Shown one piece after another: positions 1 through 14,110 of a DNA stretch of 64,000 nt. The DNA lies in contig NW_027590150.1 of assembly GCF_964213995.1 (NCBI RefSeq), positions 496,001 through 560,000 of the forward strand, given 5' to 3'. The DNA is from Mustelus asterias (Eukaryota). The translations under genes were made by a program, and so were the position numbers. Position 1 is the first letter of the stretch. Every line of letters begins with the position of its first letter. The notes below the pieces were generated by a model that made no database searches, was not told the origin of the DNA, and was given only the letters and a program-made list of their open reading frames with translations.

Positions 1-409
1 ATTGCATCAGCTTTGTCTCAGTTTATATCATACTTTGCCCAGAATCAGATTGAACAGTATTTGAACCGATTGAACAGGTGGAGTTTTATTGCGCTAGCGG
101 CTGTGTCCTTTATTAATGCGCCAAACCATACCACTGTTCATTTTACACATTATCCTCTCTCAGTTATTGCTTTACTCTGCATTGCCTCACTTTTTATTCC
201 ACTGGGTCACATCTCTGTTTATATCACACGAGATTATATCCCTATATTCTAATAGCGTCCATGTGAGATTACATTACACTAGAACCTGTCTCAGTTTAAA
301 TTATAGTACACATTGTCTCTGCTTACATTGGAATAAACCTTGACTTTGTTACAGCTGCGTAATTCATGTTTCTGTCTATGTGAGAAAATATCACGCTGGT
401 TAGTACTAC

Positions 410-1220
410 GCTATACAAATTCCGGACAAATGTGAGGTAATGCATTTTGGAAGGTCTAATACAGATAGGAAATTTACAGTAAATGGCAGAACCCTTAGGA
501 GTATTGATAGGCCAAAGGGATCTGGGTGTACAGGTACACAGGTCACTGCAAGTGGCAAGGCGGGTGGAAAAGGTAGTCAAGAAGGCATACGGCATGCTTG
601 CCTTCATCGGCCGGTGTATTGAGTTTAAAAATTGGCAAGTCATGTTGACGCTTTATAGAATCTTAGTGAGGCCGCACTTGGAATATATGGTCAATTCTGG
701 TCGCCACACTACCAGAAGGATGTGGAGGCTCTGGAGAGGGTACAGAAAAGATTTACCAGGATGTTGCCCAGTATGGAGGGCATTAGCTATGAGGAGAGGT
801 TGGAGAAACTTGGTTTGTTCTCACTGGAGCGACGGAGGTTGAGGGGAGACCTGATAGAAGTCTACAAGATTATAAGAGGCATGGACAGAGTGGATAGTCA
901 GAAGCTTTTTCCCAGGGTGGAAGAGTCAATTACTAGGGGGCATAGGTTATGGTGCGAGGGGCAAGTTTTAAAAGAGATGTACGAGGCAGATCTTTTACAC
1001 AGAGAGTTGTGGGTGCCTGGAACCCGTTGCCGGGGAGGTAGTGGAAGCCGACACGGTAGTGTCTTTTAAGGGGCGCCTAGGAAAGTACATGAATGAGATG
1101 GGAATAGAGGGATATGGTCTTCGGAAGCGTAGCGTGTTTTAGTTAAGTCGGGCAGATGGTCGGTGCAGGCTTGGAGGGCCGAAGTGCCTGTTCCTGTGCT
1201 GTAATTTTTCTTTGTTCTAT
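410..1220 (+). mobile_element. CR1 3' fragment
   Basis: ORFs 483..842 and 722..1069 (RDLGVQVH, LVRPHLEY, RRRLRGDLIEVYK) followed by a 3' UTR. Confidence 0.9.
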
Positions 1221-4200
1221 ACCCGCTCTCAGTAAGCACTGAACTGGACCCAGTCTACATTCATATTAGTACAAGTGCTGTATCAATAATTGATGCACTC
1301 GACACTGTCTCTGTATCACTGCACAAAACCCGTCCTTCGTTCATAATACAACAGATCGTATTAGATGGATTGGCTATGCGAAATTGCCTGTTATTGTCCA
1401 TAGGGTATGTGGATTCGCCATGGTAAATGTGTGGGGCTAACGGGGACAGGGCAGAGGGGAGGGCCTGGGTGGGATGCAAACTCGGTGAGCCAGATGGTCT
1501 TTTTCTGAACTCTAGGGATTCTATGGTTCTATGTCTAAGAATTATCATATCATACCTTGCTTAGACATTCGAGTGCTTATTTCTTTTAAATATTCTTTTC
1601 TCCAATTACCCCCTTTGGAGCAATGGTTTCTTTCAGCAATTTCCCTTCAGTTTTCCAAGTGATAACCTTCAGTCCATCTCTGCCTTCCGTGAGTGTATGA
1701 AAACACCAGACAGTTCATGTATTTCAACTGAAGAACATTTCATATGTAACTATTTATTGACAGCCATTCTGCTGTGTGCTCTTGCACACAAAACGATTTC
1801 AATCTGACTATCTTGCTCCCAGCGTTGACTTATCTGTCATTAAAAATCTGTTGGAAAATGGATAAATCACATCTCGAATGACGAGGAGATTACTGGAAAT
1901 TGATCCTCTTCGTGTCTCACTAAAGTTCCTGATTTTCGACTCAATTATGTGCTGATTTGTGAAAATGATGGCGGCAGGAGATAATTACACCTGTAATTCT
2001 CAGACTTCTTATTCCTATTAATGCAAATGATTGAAACATCAGCTGCTCTCCAGAGATGGAGCAATATTTCTGTTTAACCGTTACATTCGCCAACTCCATG
2101 GTAACCATCCTAAATATGTTCTACTGTGTATAGGTTGTACAATCTCGGTAACACGATGAATCAGGATCAGGTATATTATGAGGGTGGATATAAACAGTGA
2201 TATTGCCTGGTGAACATGGACAGTAGCTGTTCAAGATGGCAGCTCATCATCACTTTGTCAGGGCAATTAGAGAAGGGCAACAGATGCCAGTGATGCCCAC
2301 ATCCCATAAATGATTAAAAATTATGCGGTAACAACAGAGACAGAATCTAATCTAATATAGACAGATGTGCTGGCGCAATGATAACATAAACTGGCCGGGA
2401 GAGCCATGTAAATTAATGTATGAGATATATAGAATATGAGAGACAGAACATGATATAACATTTAAATAAACAATTTTTTCCGTGTGATCATTCTAGAAAA
2501 AAGTAAATTGTTCAATAACAACTGGCAGGTGTCAAACGTAGCAAAACCAGATATAGGTTCCAATTCACTGTTAACTGTTAAGGATTATTGCACTTTTCCG
2601 AAACAAGTTCGATCCAATGCCAATTTGTTCAAAGTGATGGCTTGTAAATAGAATTGAATAATTGAATTTCGGAATCGTTCCTGGCAAATGTCCACCTCCA
2701 ACCCTCCCATACACCCCCCCCCGCCCCCCCCCCCCCGCCCCCCACACCGCGCGCACACACACACGTGCTGTCAAAACATAAGATTAGCACAAGACGACAG
2801 CTGTATAAATATTGCATCTTATTCAGTCTCAATGAAGGACAGGGGGAGACTCAAAAATGATGCTAGGACAATGATGCATAAGAACCATTAAAATGGACCT
2901 ATTCTCGAAAATCCTTCACATTTTACTCCATGAAGGATATATCTCATTTATTTTCAAAGTTACTGTGAAATCTGATTCGATCACCCTCTGAAGCTGTTCA
3001 TTCCAGTCCTCAACAACTCTTGTGTAAAAGTAAACAATTACATTTCTGTCTCTCTGCTTAATAAAATAAATCTGTGCCCACTGGTTGCTGACCGTCCTCC
3101 CAGTTGAAATATCCGCTCTTTAATTACCCCACTCAAAACGTCATGATTTTGAACACGAATAAAAGTGTTCAAAACACTGGCAAGGAGATAGAGAGAGAGA
3201 GAGACACCGGGAGAGTTAGGAGAAAGAAAAACGGGGTGCTGACAGATAAAAGCTGAAGAACAAAAAATAAATAGCAGATGGAGAGAAAATGATCGAACAA
3301 TGCAAGATAACAGCTATCATTTCGTTTCTTCACGAAACCTGGGAGAGCTCAGTGACTGATCCACTGACCATCCAGTTATGTCCTGGAATGGAAACTCTGA
3401 ACAGATCACAACAGACTCATTTGTAAATGTCACCACAATGTGATCTTTATAACTCTGCCCTGGCTCTGTGGACAGATATAGGCCGCACTGACAGATGTTC
3501 TCGTCAGATTGTGGCCCCTGGATTTATTTTCTGCTCAGAAGTGAGATGTGTGGTTTGGAACTGGCAGCAAGAATCAGGAAGTTATATTACCTGAGAATGA
3601 AACAAACGGGGCCAGTTTAATGTTATCACCGTGAACAGTCTTCCTGCCTGCGAGGGTGAACTCATTCTGAAAGCTTCAAGAACAGTCACAGAATTGCTGC
3701 CGGTCGCAGCATTACATTCACTTCGATTGCCATGTTAATGAATCAAGAAAATGATCATATTTGGGGTTTAGGTAGGTTAATTGAAAGGAAGACGGATTGA
3801 AGATTATCGCTGAGAGAAAAGAGGGAAAATTAAAGCAACATTTTTCCCCGCACAGGTGTTCTAAAATAGAAAGTTTAAGTGTGTTAGGTGTTGTGTGAGT
3901 GAAATCGAGGAGAGCGTATAAAAGAGTGAACTGGTCTGTTTCCGGCACTGAATTTTCCTCTGTTGAGATTGTTGTGCTTCATCTTTTCAGTCACAAGTTG
4001 CCTGAAGCATGAAAGTTAAACATTTTTGAACGAGTAGCCAGATCCGGCTCATGGGTACCGCTGTAAGTGAGCTAAAGGAGGTTGAGAGAGAGAAGAGAGG
4101 TTTTCCGATTTAGGTATTGTCTGAGACAGAGAAAGAGAGGAGAGAAGTTCAATGAGTCATTTGAAAGATGCAATGCCTTGGCAGTGGAATGGCCAGCTGT

Positions 4201-4734
4201 ATATCACATTCAAGAGCGTCCAGAGCAGTTCATTAACTTTAGGCATTGACTGAGGCAAAGAATGTGCAAGTAAATACTGAACAAATTACCATAAAATGCT
4301 TAAAACTAATTGCAATTATTTACATAGGAGTTATGACTGGTACCTCACATTGTTATGGGCATAGGGTCCATTTCGGCCTTGTGTAACTGTCTGTGTGGTT
4401 TGTGCAAATTGTGTGCGTGGGTTTCCGCCAAGTTTACCACTTTCCTCCTGCAGTCCAAAGATGTGCAGGTTAGGAGGAGTGGTCATGCTGAATTGTCCCT
4501 GAGTATCCATTTGCAGTCCAACGTGGCATACGTTTATTGTATTCCTCAATTTCTTTTGAACAAGAGGATGTTACAAGATTCATCCCAAGCTTGCAAGAAA
4601 TTATTGCACACAATACGAGAGCAACGAGATAGGATGTGCAACACCGAATATTTATTAACAAGATGAAATGCATACTTCCAACCCCTTTCATCCACACGAA
4701 TACGTTTCATTTCTTAAGTTAGTATCTATTTATT

Positions 4735-5020
4735 CAAAGTTAATTTATTAGTCACATGTCGGCTTGCATTAGCACTGCAATGAAGCGGCTCTGAGAATCC
4801 CCCAGTCGCCACACTCTGGCAGCTGTTCGGGTACACTGAGGGAGAATTTGACATTCCCAATGCACGTAACTAGCACAGCTTTGGAATGTGGAAGGAAACC
4901 GACACAGACACAGGGAGAACGTACAAACTCCACACATGTAGTGACCAAGCCAGGAATCGAACTCGAGTCCCCAGCACTGTGAGGCAGCAGTGCTAACCAC
5001 TGCTAACCACTGCGCCATCC
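4735..5020 (-). mobile_element. tRNA-derived SINE, alternative-tail subfamily
   Basis: Same head as 49377. Tail ...CTTCATTGCAGTG(T/C)TAATG...GTGACTAATAAA. Confidence 0.85.
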
Positions 5021-8000
5021 AGCTAGCTTGGTCTTCCTCTTTTTCCATCAATCAGAGGCATTTTATAGAAAATTAGTAACTGAGGCAGTGCCTGCTATTT
5101 TATTCGGACCCAATGTAATGCAACGTGAGGTACGGGTGTACTCAGTAGTGCATGACATACAACCTACCAAAAATAATATCTGAGATGGAACCTAATGTAA
5201 CATATGTGGACTATTGACTGAGCAACAACAGCTCAGAAATGATTAATTGTAGCATATATCACGGCATGTCTTCATGTAATATAAAGGAAGCGGCATGTAA
5301 TGTAATGTAAACAGATACAAGGTATATTGCAATAATGATTCAAATGAATCAAATGCAGTATATGAAGAGGCATGGCCTAGTGCATTACTGTATACGACTG
5401 CACCAAATGGGTTATTGCAGCGAACATCGTCAAGTACAGTACTAACTGAGACAGGGTTAATTGTAGCCCTTATAGATCAAGGCCCAGTCCGTTAATAAAT
5501 TAAACTTCAGGTTGCGTTATATAGTGCAGAAAGAAAGATAAAACGAGATATGGTGGCGTACAGACATGACTGAGACAACTCCTGTGCAATAAAAAAAATT
5601 ACATGGTGAAATGCAGTAATAACAGAAGGAGGGGCAGTGTAATAAAACTAAACTCAATATATCGTGAAATTTAAGCATATACATCGTCGTACCATAGTAA
5701 GCAATAGAACAAAAATGGCCATTAATATGTTCCTCGGAATCATAACCTAATTCAGTAATAACGATATGTGATCTAATGCTATGAATCCTGGAGGATGAAC
5801 TGCAGTGTTGACTGAGGGAGGAGAGAGAGAGAGAGAGACAGATGGACAAGTGCACTAATATCACTCCATTTATGATGAATGATCTGCTGAGTGTTTCTGG
5901 CAGTTCATTTTTCAGATCCCATGCATCCGCAGTATCTTGTTTTTGAGCAAGGAGATATTTGAACAGATTACTAAAAGGACGATCAATACAGGGACAGTTT
6001 TATGCATTGATTTAGACGAGGAAAGTGAGACAAGGAGATTTAGGGAGGGAATAACAGAGCTTAGGGCCTGGGCAGATTAACACATCCCAAACTGAAAAAT
6101 AATTTTGAAGATAAGAATGGAAATTGCAGAAAATATATATATTTCAATTCTATTCAAACATAACTTGTTCTGTTGCCATTTCGTTTTATTTCTCTCTGAA
6201 ACAGATGAACAATTAACCATTGGTTAGAAAATTGGCCTGTGGGAGCCCATCTGGCGATATTGTGAGTACAAAATTCTGTCTCATACCGCCAGTGTATCAG
6301 TTGAATGCTATTAATAAAATACGACAGGCGAAACAGTCTTTATCGCTAAAATCTGCAGCAAATTGACATAGTGCAACACAATCTACAACGAATAAAATGC
6401 ATCATAACAGAGATTCCTAAATATATTGCAAAGAGCACTGCACTATTGTTCATATTGACCTGTCCCTCAATGCCAGTTTATCACTGAGAAATTGTTATAA
6501 CTTTCACGCTAAATATTACCCACACAATAGCAGAGTGATTAGACGTTTCTCACAGCTACTTATAAATATTAGCAAAAAATAAACCTACTGTTTCAAACAA
6601 GAATGATTGGTATCGGACAGGCACACCCACATATATCGTGATTGATAATATCTCGACAGGCAACATATTCATGGTCGCATGTTGGACTAACAGAGACAGG
6701 CTCTGATGTAATGTAAAGAGACAAATCCTGTGTAATGTAAAAAGAGATGGGATCCGACGTAATGTAATCAGATCTGTGGTCCACTGTAGGACTAATTGAG
6801 AGGACCTGATGTAGCATAAATAGAGAAATGGCTGAGTGTAGCATAACGAGAAAAACGACCGAATGTAGTATAGAGACAGGGTCCACTACCATATCATTAA
6901 AGACTGGGTCTGGTACAACATAAATAGAAGCATGGACCAGTGTAATGTAATCAGAGGATTGATTCAGTGAATTAATAACCAATAAAGCAGGGTCTTCTAC
7001 ATACTGGCCCTATTGCCAATGGATAGCGTTTTCTTCCTAATGAGCAAAACATGCTCATTCATAACTTTGAACTTCTGTACTAAATCTCCCATAAACTGCA
7101 CTGTTCTAAAGGAAAGAAACTCTGCGTTCAGCTGTTCTGATAGTGCAGCTCATGCATGATGAACGTCAAGCTCCACACCACCTTCTGCCTCGCATGTTTC
7201 CCGATGTCATTTTAGGAATTGATGGAACTTTCACATGGATTCTCATTAATCAATGGCATCGTGTCAGAATAAGATTCAAGGCCAAGAAAAGACTTGCTTC
7301 TGACAATTAAATGCATCAGTGAAATATTGGACACAGATCTCAGAGTTTAGACACACTGAGCTCAATGTTATGTCAAAACACAAAACTGTGATCGGTTAAC
7401 AGTCTTATCCCAGTGGAATCAACATCATTTTTGAGTCAATTGGCAATGTGCTCAATTCCCACAACAGATACCTCAGCTCATGATACAACCTGTGACCAAG
7501 TGCTGAATGTTCAGTTGTTCCATTATTGGATGTGATGATATTGCAGTCCAAGGCGTAGCTTACAATATTATTATTAAGCTTGTATTCCAGAAGCTTGAAG
7601 TTATGCTCTGCGGGCAAGGGTTCAAATTCCACCCCAGCAACTGGGGAATTTCAATTCAATTAATTGATTAAGCTGAATCAAACATCGGTGTCTAATTAAT
7701 AACAATCATATTTCGGCAAAGTTCATCTTCTTCTCTGATGTATTTTTGGAGAGGAAATTTTACTTCTTACTTGTAAGACATATAAAATTGCCAGAAGAAG
7801 CAACAAGCCTGAGGGTTTGGAATGTTTTAAAATTCAACAAAAGAAGACACAATGTGCGAGGGGGGAAAGAGAGAATGAAAGTATAATGGCAGGAAGCAGA
7901 GAAACTAATTGTACAAGCTTCTCTGAATATCTGAAGAGACAAAGATTAGTTAAGACAAATTCGGTAGCTTCCAGTCAGAATCCAGGGAAATTATAATGGG

Positions 8001-8574
8001 GAACAAAGAAATGTTGGATGAATAGAACACAAAGTTTGACTCCATCTTCACAAAAGGGGACACAAATATCCTCCCAGAAATGTTAGGGAACCAAGAGCTG
8101 GTTGGCATTGAAGAAGACCAGTGTTAGTAGCAAAATCATGCTGGGGAAATTAATGGGGTGAAATGCTGATAAATCACTAAGGCCTGAGAATCTACATCCC
8201 AGAGTATGAATGAAAATGTCCCTCAAAATATTGGGTGCATTGGTGTCATCCTCTAAAATTCTATACACTCTGGATCAGTTCCTATAGATTAGAGGGTGAC
8301 AAATGAAATCCCAACATGTACAAAGGAAGGGAGAGTAAAAATGTTGAATTACAGCCTGACTTTAGCATAAGCGAAGATGTTAGAGACTGTTATCAACGAC
8401 ATGATAGCAAAATATTTGGAAAGCATTAACGGAATTTGATGAAGCCAGCATGGGCTTAAGGAAGATATGTCATTCTTAACAAACCTACTTGCATTTTCTG
8501 AGGCTGCAAGTAATAGAATAGTGAGGGGGGGCGAGGGGGGGGGGTGGAGGGAGGGGGGAGGGAACCAGGGTACA

Positions 8575-11500
8575 TAGTACATAGAAACATAGAAAGAAAT
8601 ACAGTACAAACAGGCCCTTCGGCCCACAAGTTGCGCCGGTCATGCCGCTACCTACCTAGGTTTATATATAGGCTTATCTATAACCCTCAATCCTGTTAAG
8701 TCCCATGTACTCATCCAGAAGTCTCTTAAAAGACCCTATCGAGTTTGCCTCCACCACCACTGATGGCAGCCGATTCCACTCGCCCACCACCCTCTGAGTG
8801 AAAAACCTACCCCTGACATCTCCTCTGTACCTACTCCCCAGCACCTTAAACACGTGTCCTCTCGTAGCAGCCATTTCAGCCCTGGAAAAAAGCCTCCGAG
8901 AATCCACCCGATCTATACCTCTCAACATCATGTACACCTCTTTCAGGTCACCTCTCAGCCTTCATCTCTCCAAGGAGAAAAGACCGAGCTCCCTCAGCCT
9001 ATCCTCATAAGGCATGCCAACCAATCCAGGCAACAGCCTTGTAAGTCTTCTCTGCACCTTTTCAATCATTTCCACATCCCTCCTGTAATGAGGCGACTAG
9101 AACTGAGCACAGTACTCCAAGTGGGGTCTGACGAGGGTCTTATAAAGCTGCATTATTATCTCCTGACTTCTAAACTCAATCCCTCGATTGATGAAGGCCA
9201 GCACACCATACGCCTTCTTAACCACCCCCTCTACCTGCGAGGCCGATTTAAGAGTCCTATGGACCTGGGCCCCAAGGTCCTTCTGATCCTCTACACTGCT
9301 AAGAGTCGTACACTTGATATTGTACTCCTTCATCCCATTCGACATGCCAAAATGGACCACTACACATTTATCCTGTTTGAAGTCCATCTGCCACTTCTCT
9401 CCCCAGTCTTGCATCCTATCAATGTCACACTACAGCTTCTGACATGCGTCCAACCTATCCACAACACCACCAACCTTCGTGTCGCCGGCAAACTTACCAA
9501 CCCATCCCTCCACTTCCACATCCAGGTCATTTATGAAAATGACAGACAGCAAGGGTCCCAGAACAGATCCCTGGGGCACTCCACTGGTGACCGACCTCCA
9601 TTCAGAAAATTACCCGTCTACAACCACTCTCTGCCTTCTGCAGGCAAGCCAGTTCTGAATCCACAAGGCAACAGCCCCTTGCATCCCATGCCCTCTCACT
9701 TTCTTGAGAAGTCTTGCATGGGGTACCTTATCGAACGCCTTGCTGAAGTCCATGTAAACCACATCTACCGCTTTTCCTTCGTCAATGTGTTTCGTCACAT
9801 TTTCAAAGAACTCCACCAGTTTCGTAAGGCACGATTTGCCTTTGACAAGGCCGTGCTGACTACGTTTGAGCATACGAAACTTCTCTAAATGTTCATAAAT
9901 CCTGTTCCCCAGGATCTTCTCCATCAACTTACCAACCACTGAGGTTAGACTCACCAGTCAGTAATTTCCTGGGCGATCCCTATTCCCTTCCTTGAATATA
10001 GGAAACACATCCGCAATCGTCCAATCCTCCAGAACCTCTCCCGTCTCCATCGACGACGCAAAGATCATCACCAGAGGCTCTGCAATCTCTTCCCTCATCT
10101 CCCACAGTAACCTGGGGTACATCCCATCCGGTCCCGGCGACTTATCTATCTTGATGCTATTCAAAATTTCCAACACATCCTCTTTCTTAATGTCCACATA
10201 CTCAATCTTTTCAGCCCACCTCAGTCCTGTAGTACAACCACCCAGGTCTTTTTCCACCATGAATACCGAGGTAAAATATTCATTAAGCACCTCTGCTATT
10301 TCTTCCGGTTCTGTACAGACTATCTCACCTTCACCTTTTATAATTCCTATTCCATCACATCTCATCCTTTTACTCTTCACATATTTATAGAATGCCTTCG
10401 GGTTCTCCTTAATCTTACCTGCCAAGGCCTTCTCGTGACCCCTTCTGGCTCTCCTAATTTCTTTCGTTCCGACAAGCCATCGACTCATCTAGATCCCTAT
10501 CATCGCCTAGCGCTCTGAAGCTTTTGTACGCTTTCCTTTTCTTTCTCACTAGGTTCAGCGCAGCTTTCGTGCACCATGGTTCCCGTAACCTACCAACACC
10601 TCCCTCTCTCATCGGAACGTTGTCATGCAGAACTCGAGGCAAACATTCCTTGAAAATCTGCCACCTTACTTCAGTACTTTTCCTCGAGAATGCCTCCTTC
10701 CAATTTACGCATCTAATCTCCTGCCTGATGGCTTCATATTTCCCCTTACTCCAGATAAACACTTTCCTAGCTTGCCTGATCCTATCTCTTTCCAATGCTT
10801 GCGTAAAGGAGATAGAGTAATGATCACTATCCCCAAGATGCTCCCCCACTGAGAGATCCGACATCTGGTACTGGCTCATTAGCCAGTACCAGGTCGAGTA
10901 CAGCCTCTCCTCTTGTAGGCTTATCCACATGCTGTGTCAGGCAACCCTCCTGAACACACCTAACAAACCCCTCCCCATCCAAACCCCTTACTCTATGGAT
11001 ATTCCAATCGATGTTTGGGAAATTAAAGTCTCCCATCACGACAACCCTGTTATTCCTACATCTCTCCAGGATCTGTTCCCTATCTGCTCCTCAACATCCC
11101 TGTTACTATTGGGCGGCCTGTACAAAACACCCAGCAAAGTTATCGACCCCTTCCCGCTCCGAACTCCCACCCACAGAGACTCCGTAGACAATCCCTCCAC
11201 GGCTTCCACATTCTCTGCAGCTCTGACACTATCCCTGATCAGCAGTGCCACTCCCCACCCCCCTCTTTTGCCTCCCTGTCTGTCCTTTCTGAAACATCTG
11301 AAACCCGGCACCTGAAGTATCCAGTCCTGTCCCTGTCCCCAAGTCTCCGTAATGGCCACCACATCACACTTCCAAGCATCGATCCACACTCTAAGCTCAT
11401 CCACTTTATTCAGTTCACTCCTGGCATTAAAATAGACATATCTCAAACCTTTGGTTTGAGCTCTCCCCTTCTCCATCACCCGTCTATTCTCCCTCTTACA

Positions 11501-11905
11501 CTGTGTACAATCCTTCTCTATTTGCGGGCTAGCCTCCTCGCTCTCAGTCACCTCACCACGATTCCCTCCCCCCAACCTTTCTAGTTTAAAGTCTCCCCAG
11601 TAGCCTTAGCCAACCTTCCTGCCAGGATATTTGTCTCCCTAGGATTCAAGTGCCACCCGTCGTTTTTGTACCGGTCACACCTTCCCCTAAAGAGGTCCCA
11701 ATGATCCAGGAAACTGAATCCCTGCCCCCCGCTCCAGTCCCTCAGCCACACATTCATCCTCCACCTCACTCCATTCCTGCTCTCACTTTCCCCTGGCACA
11801 GGCAGCAATCCTGAGATGACAACCTTTGTGTTCCTCCTTCCCAACTGTCTACCTAACTCCCTATATTCTCTTTTCATTACCCCTTCCGTCTTCCTACCTA
11901 TGTCA
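8575..11905 (-). mobile_element. 5'-truncated, frameshifted CR1 LINE (ORF1 C-terminus plus whole ORF2)
   Basis: Successive minus-strand ORF pieces from 11913 down to 8674 are homologous to ORF1/ORF2 of the 31-35 kb element. Short tail repeat at about 8575-8600. Confidence 0.92.
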
Positions 11906-12124
11906 GCGTGCATGTACGTGGTGCATTTGCACTTTCAGAAGACATTTGAGACGGTTCCTCGTAAAATATTAGTAGGTCAAATTAAAGCACGTGGGATCGG
12001 GAATAATGTATTGACATTTGTGTAGAATTCGTTGACAGATAAGAAACAGAGAATGGAAATACATGGGTCTTTTTCCGAGTGGCAGTCAGCGACTGGTGGG
12101 GTACTTCAGGATCCCAACTTATAT

Positions 12125-12392
12125 TATTTATTAGTCACATGTAGGCTTACGGTAACACTGCAATGAAGTTACTGTGAAAAACCCCGAGTCACCACACTCC
12201 AGCGCCTGTTCGGGTGCACTGAGGGAGAGTTTAGCATGGCCAATGTCCCTAAGCTGCACGTCCTTCGGATTGTTGGAGGAAACCGGGCACCCAGAAGAAA
12301 TCCACGTAAGCACGGGGAGAATGTGCAGACTCCGTACAGAAAATGCCCCAAGCTGGGAATCGAACCCGGTCCCCAACGCTGTGCCACCGTGC
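12125..12392 (-). mobile_element. tRNA-derived SINE, alternative-tail subfamily
   Basis: Homologous to 4735-5020 and 13119-13425. Confidence 0.85.
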
Positions 12393-12909
12393 GATCTGGA
12401 TAAGGAAATCAAATGTAAAATGTCCTAAGCGGCTGGCGATGCATAACTGTGAGCTATGAGGAGGATGCAGTGACTTGTGAGCTGAGAGGAGGATGCAAGG
12501 GTCTTCAATGTGATCTGGACAAGTTGTGTGAATGGGTGAACATGTGGCAGATGCAATACAACGTGGCTAAATGTACAGTTATATGCGTGTGTAAAGCACA
12601 AAACAATATATATTTGGAAGTGTGATGTACAAATTGATCTGGGTATCCTTTTACACCAAACAATGAAATCGGAGAGGTATGTACAGCAAGCAATTGGGAA
12701 GGCCTTCGTTGCAAGAAGATTTGAGTTCGGAATTAGTGAAGTCTTACTGCAGTAATGCCTGGTCTTCATCAGACCACATCTGGAGTAATGCGTATAGATT
12801 TGATCTCCCGACCTAAGAAAGGGTCTCTGGCGAGTGCAGCTGATACACGGATTGGTGGGACTGTCCTATACGGCGAAATTGCTTCGACTGGGCCTGTATT
12901 CACTTGACT

Positions 12910-13032
12910 GATCTGATGAAGGAGCAGCGCTCGGAAAGCTCGTGATTCCAAATAAACATGTTGGACTTTAACCTGGCGTTGCGAGACTTCTTACTGTGCA
13001 CACCCTAGTGCAACGCAAGCATCTCCACCTCA
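12910..13032 (+). mobile_element. Penelope-like terminal fragment with hammerhead-type core
   Basis: CTGATGA-A-GGAGC-AGC-GCTCG-GAAAGCTC. Imperfect 15-bp TSD TGTATTCACTTGACT / TGTATTCATTCGAGT. Confidence 0.65.
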
Positions 13033-13118
13033 TGTATTCATTCGAGTTTAGAAGGATGAGAGGAGATCTGATTGAAATACGTAAAATTGTGATTGCAACA
13101 TTCAAAGCATAAAAAATG

Positions 13119-13425
13119 AGGGCGATGCAGTGGAACAGTGGCTAGCACGGCTGCCTCACAATGCCAGGGACCTGGGGTCGATTGCCAACTTGGGTCACTG
13201 TCTGTGCAGAGACTGCACATTCTCCCATTATCTGCGTGGGTTTCCTTCAGGTGCTCCCTTTTCCTCCCACAGTCCGAAAGACGTGCTGATTCGGTGCATT
13301 GGCCATGCTAAATTTTCCCTCAGCGTACCTGAACAGGCGCTGGAGTGTGGCCATAGGGCCTTCTCACAGTAACTTCATTGCAGTGTAGTCTACTTGTGAC
13401 ATTGATAATCAATGAACTTATGAAT
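13119..13425 (+). mobile_element. tRNA-derived SINE, alternative-tail subfamily
   Basis: A/B boxes, central domain and CACAGTAACTTCATTGCAGTG tail. Confidence 0.85.
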
Positions 13426-13809
13426 AATTAAACGAATTCTAACAGGGCTGGGCAGGCGAGATGAAGGAAGGACGTTTTCGCTGGTTAGGTAGTATCAAAC
13501 CAGGGATGCAGTCTCAAGACATAGGGTAGCCAAGTTAGGACAGAAATTAGGAAATATTTCTTCACTTCAGAGACTAGTGAACATACGGAGTGCTCGAGCA
13601 CTGAAGGCTTAGGATGTCATGCCACTGAATAGATTCAAGAAATAAATTGATTTGTGATTAGATTTTAATGGTATCGGGGGTGTGAGCAGAATCCAATAAT
13701 GTGGCCTTGAAATAGGAAATTAATCAATGATCATGAAGACTGGTGGATCAGGCTCGAATGGCCTCCTCCGGCTCCTAATTTCTATGTAACTAATGTTCAG
13801 TCAATGTTC

Positions 13810-14110
13810 TGAGGACCTGAGTTCAAATCCCGCCAGAGCAGATGGTGGAACTTGAAATCAATAAAAAATAGCTGGAATTAAGAATCTATTGATGACTATG
13901 AGACCATTGTTGATAGTTGTAAAAACCCATCTTGTTTACTAATGTCCCTTTAGGGAACGGAATCTGCCGTTCTTACCTTGCTTGACCTACATGTGACTCC
14001 AGAGTCACAGCAATGTGGTTGACTCTCAACTGCCCTCCAAGGGCAACTAGAGATGGGCAACAAATGCTGGCCAGCCAGTAATGTGCAAGGCCCACGAATC
14101 AATAAAAAAA
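13810..14110 (+). mobile_element. DeuSINE/SacSINE1-like SINE
   Basis: GTTCAAATCCC B box, CCTACATGTGACTCCAGAGTCACAGCAATGTGGTTGACTCT core and an L2-type tail. Confidence 0.7.

Larger units (their letters stand above)
7750..13790 (+). mobile_element. Old degraded CR1 acting as host for nested insertions
   Basis: RT-like sequence up to about 8570 resumes at about 11910 (VVHLHFQKTF, cf. VVYLDFQKAF) and ends in a CR1-type 3' UTR at about 13790. Confidence 0.75.

Noticed and set aside
1960-2020. Peptide AGDNYTC resembling an Ig-domain F strand
   Set aside because: In-frame stops close by on both sides, and no upstream Cys/Trp pattern or convincing splice sites.
8854-9888. 344-aa plus-strand ORF
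   Set aside because: Lies exactly antisense to CR1 reverse-transcriptase sequence and has no recognisable domain; a shadow ORF.
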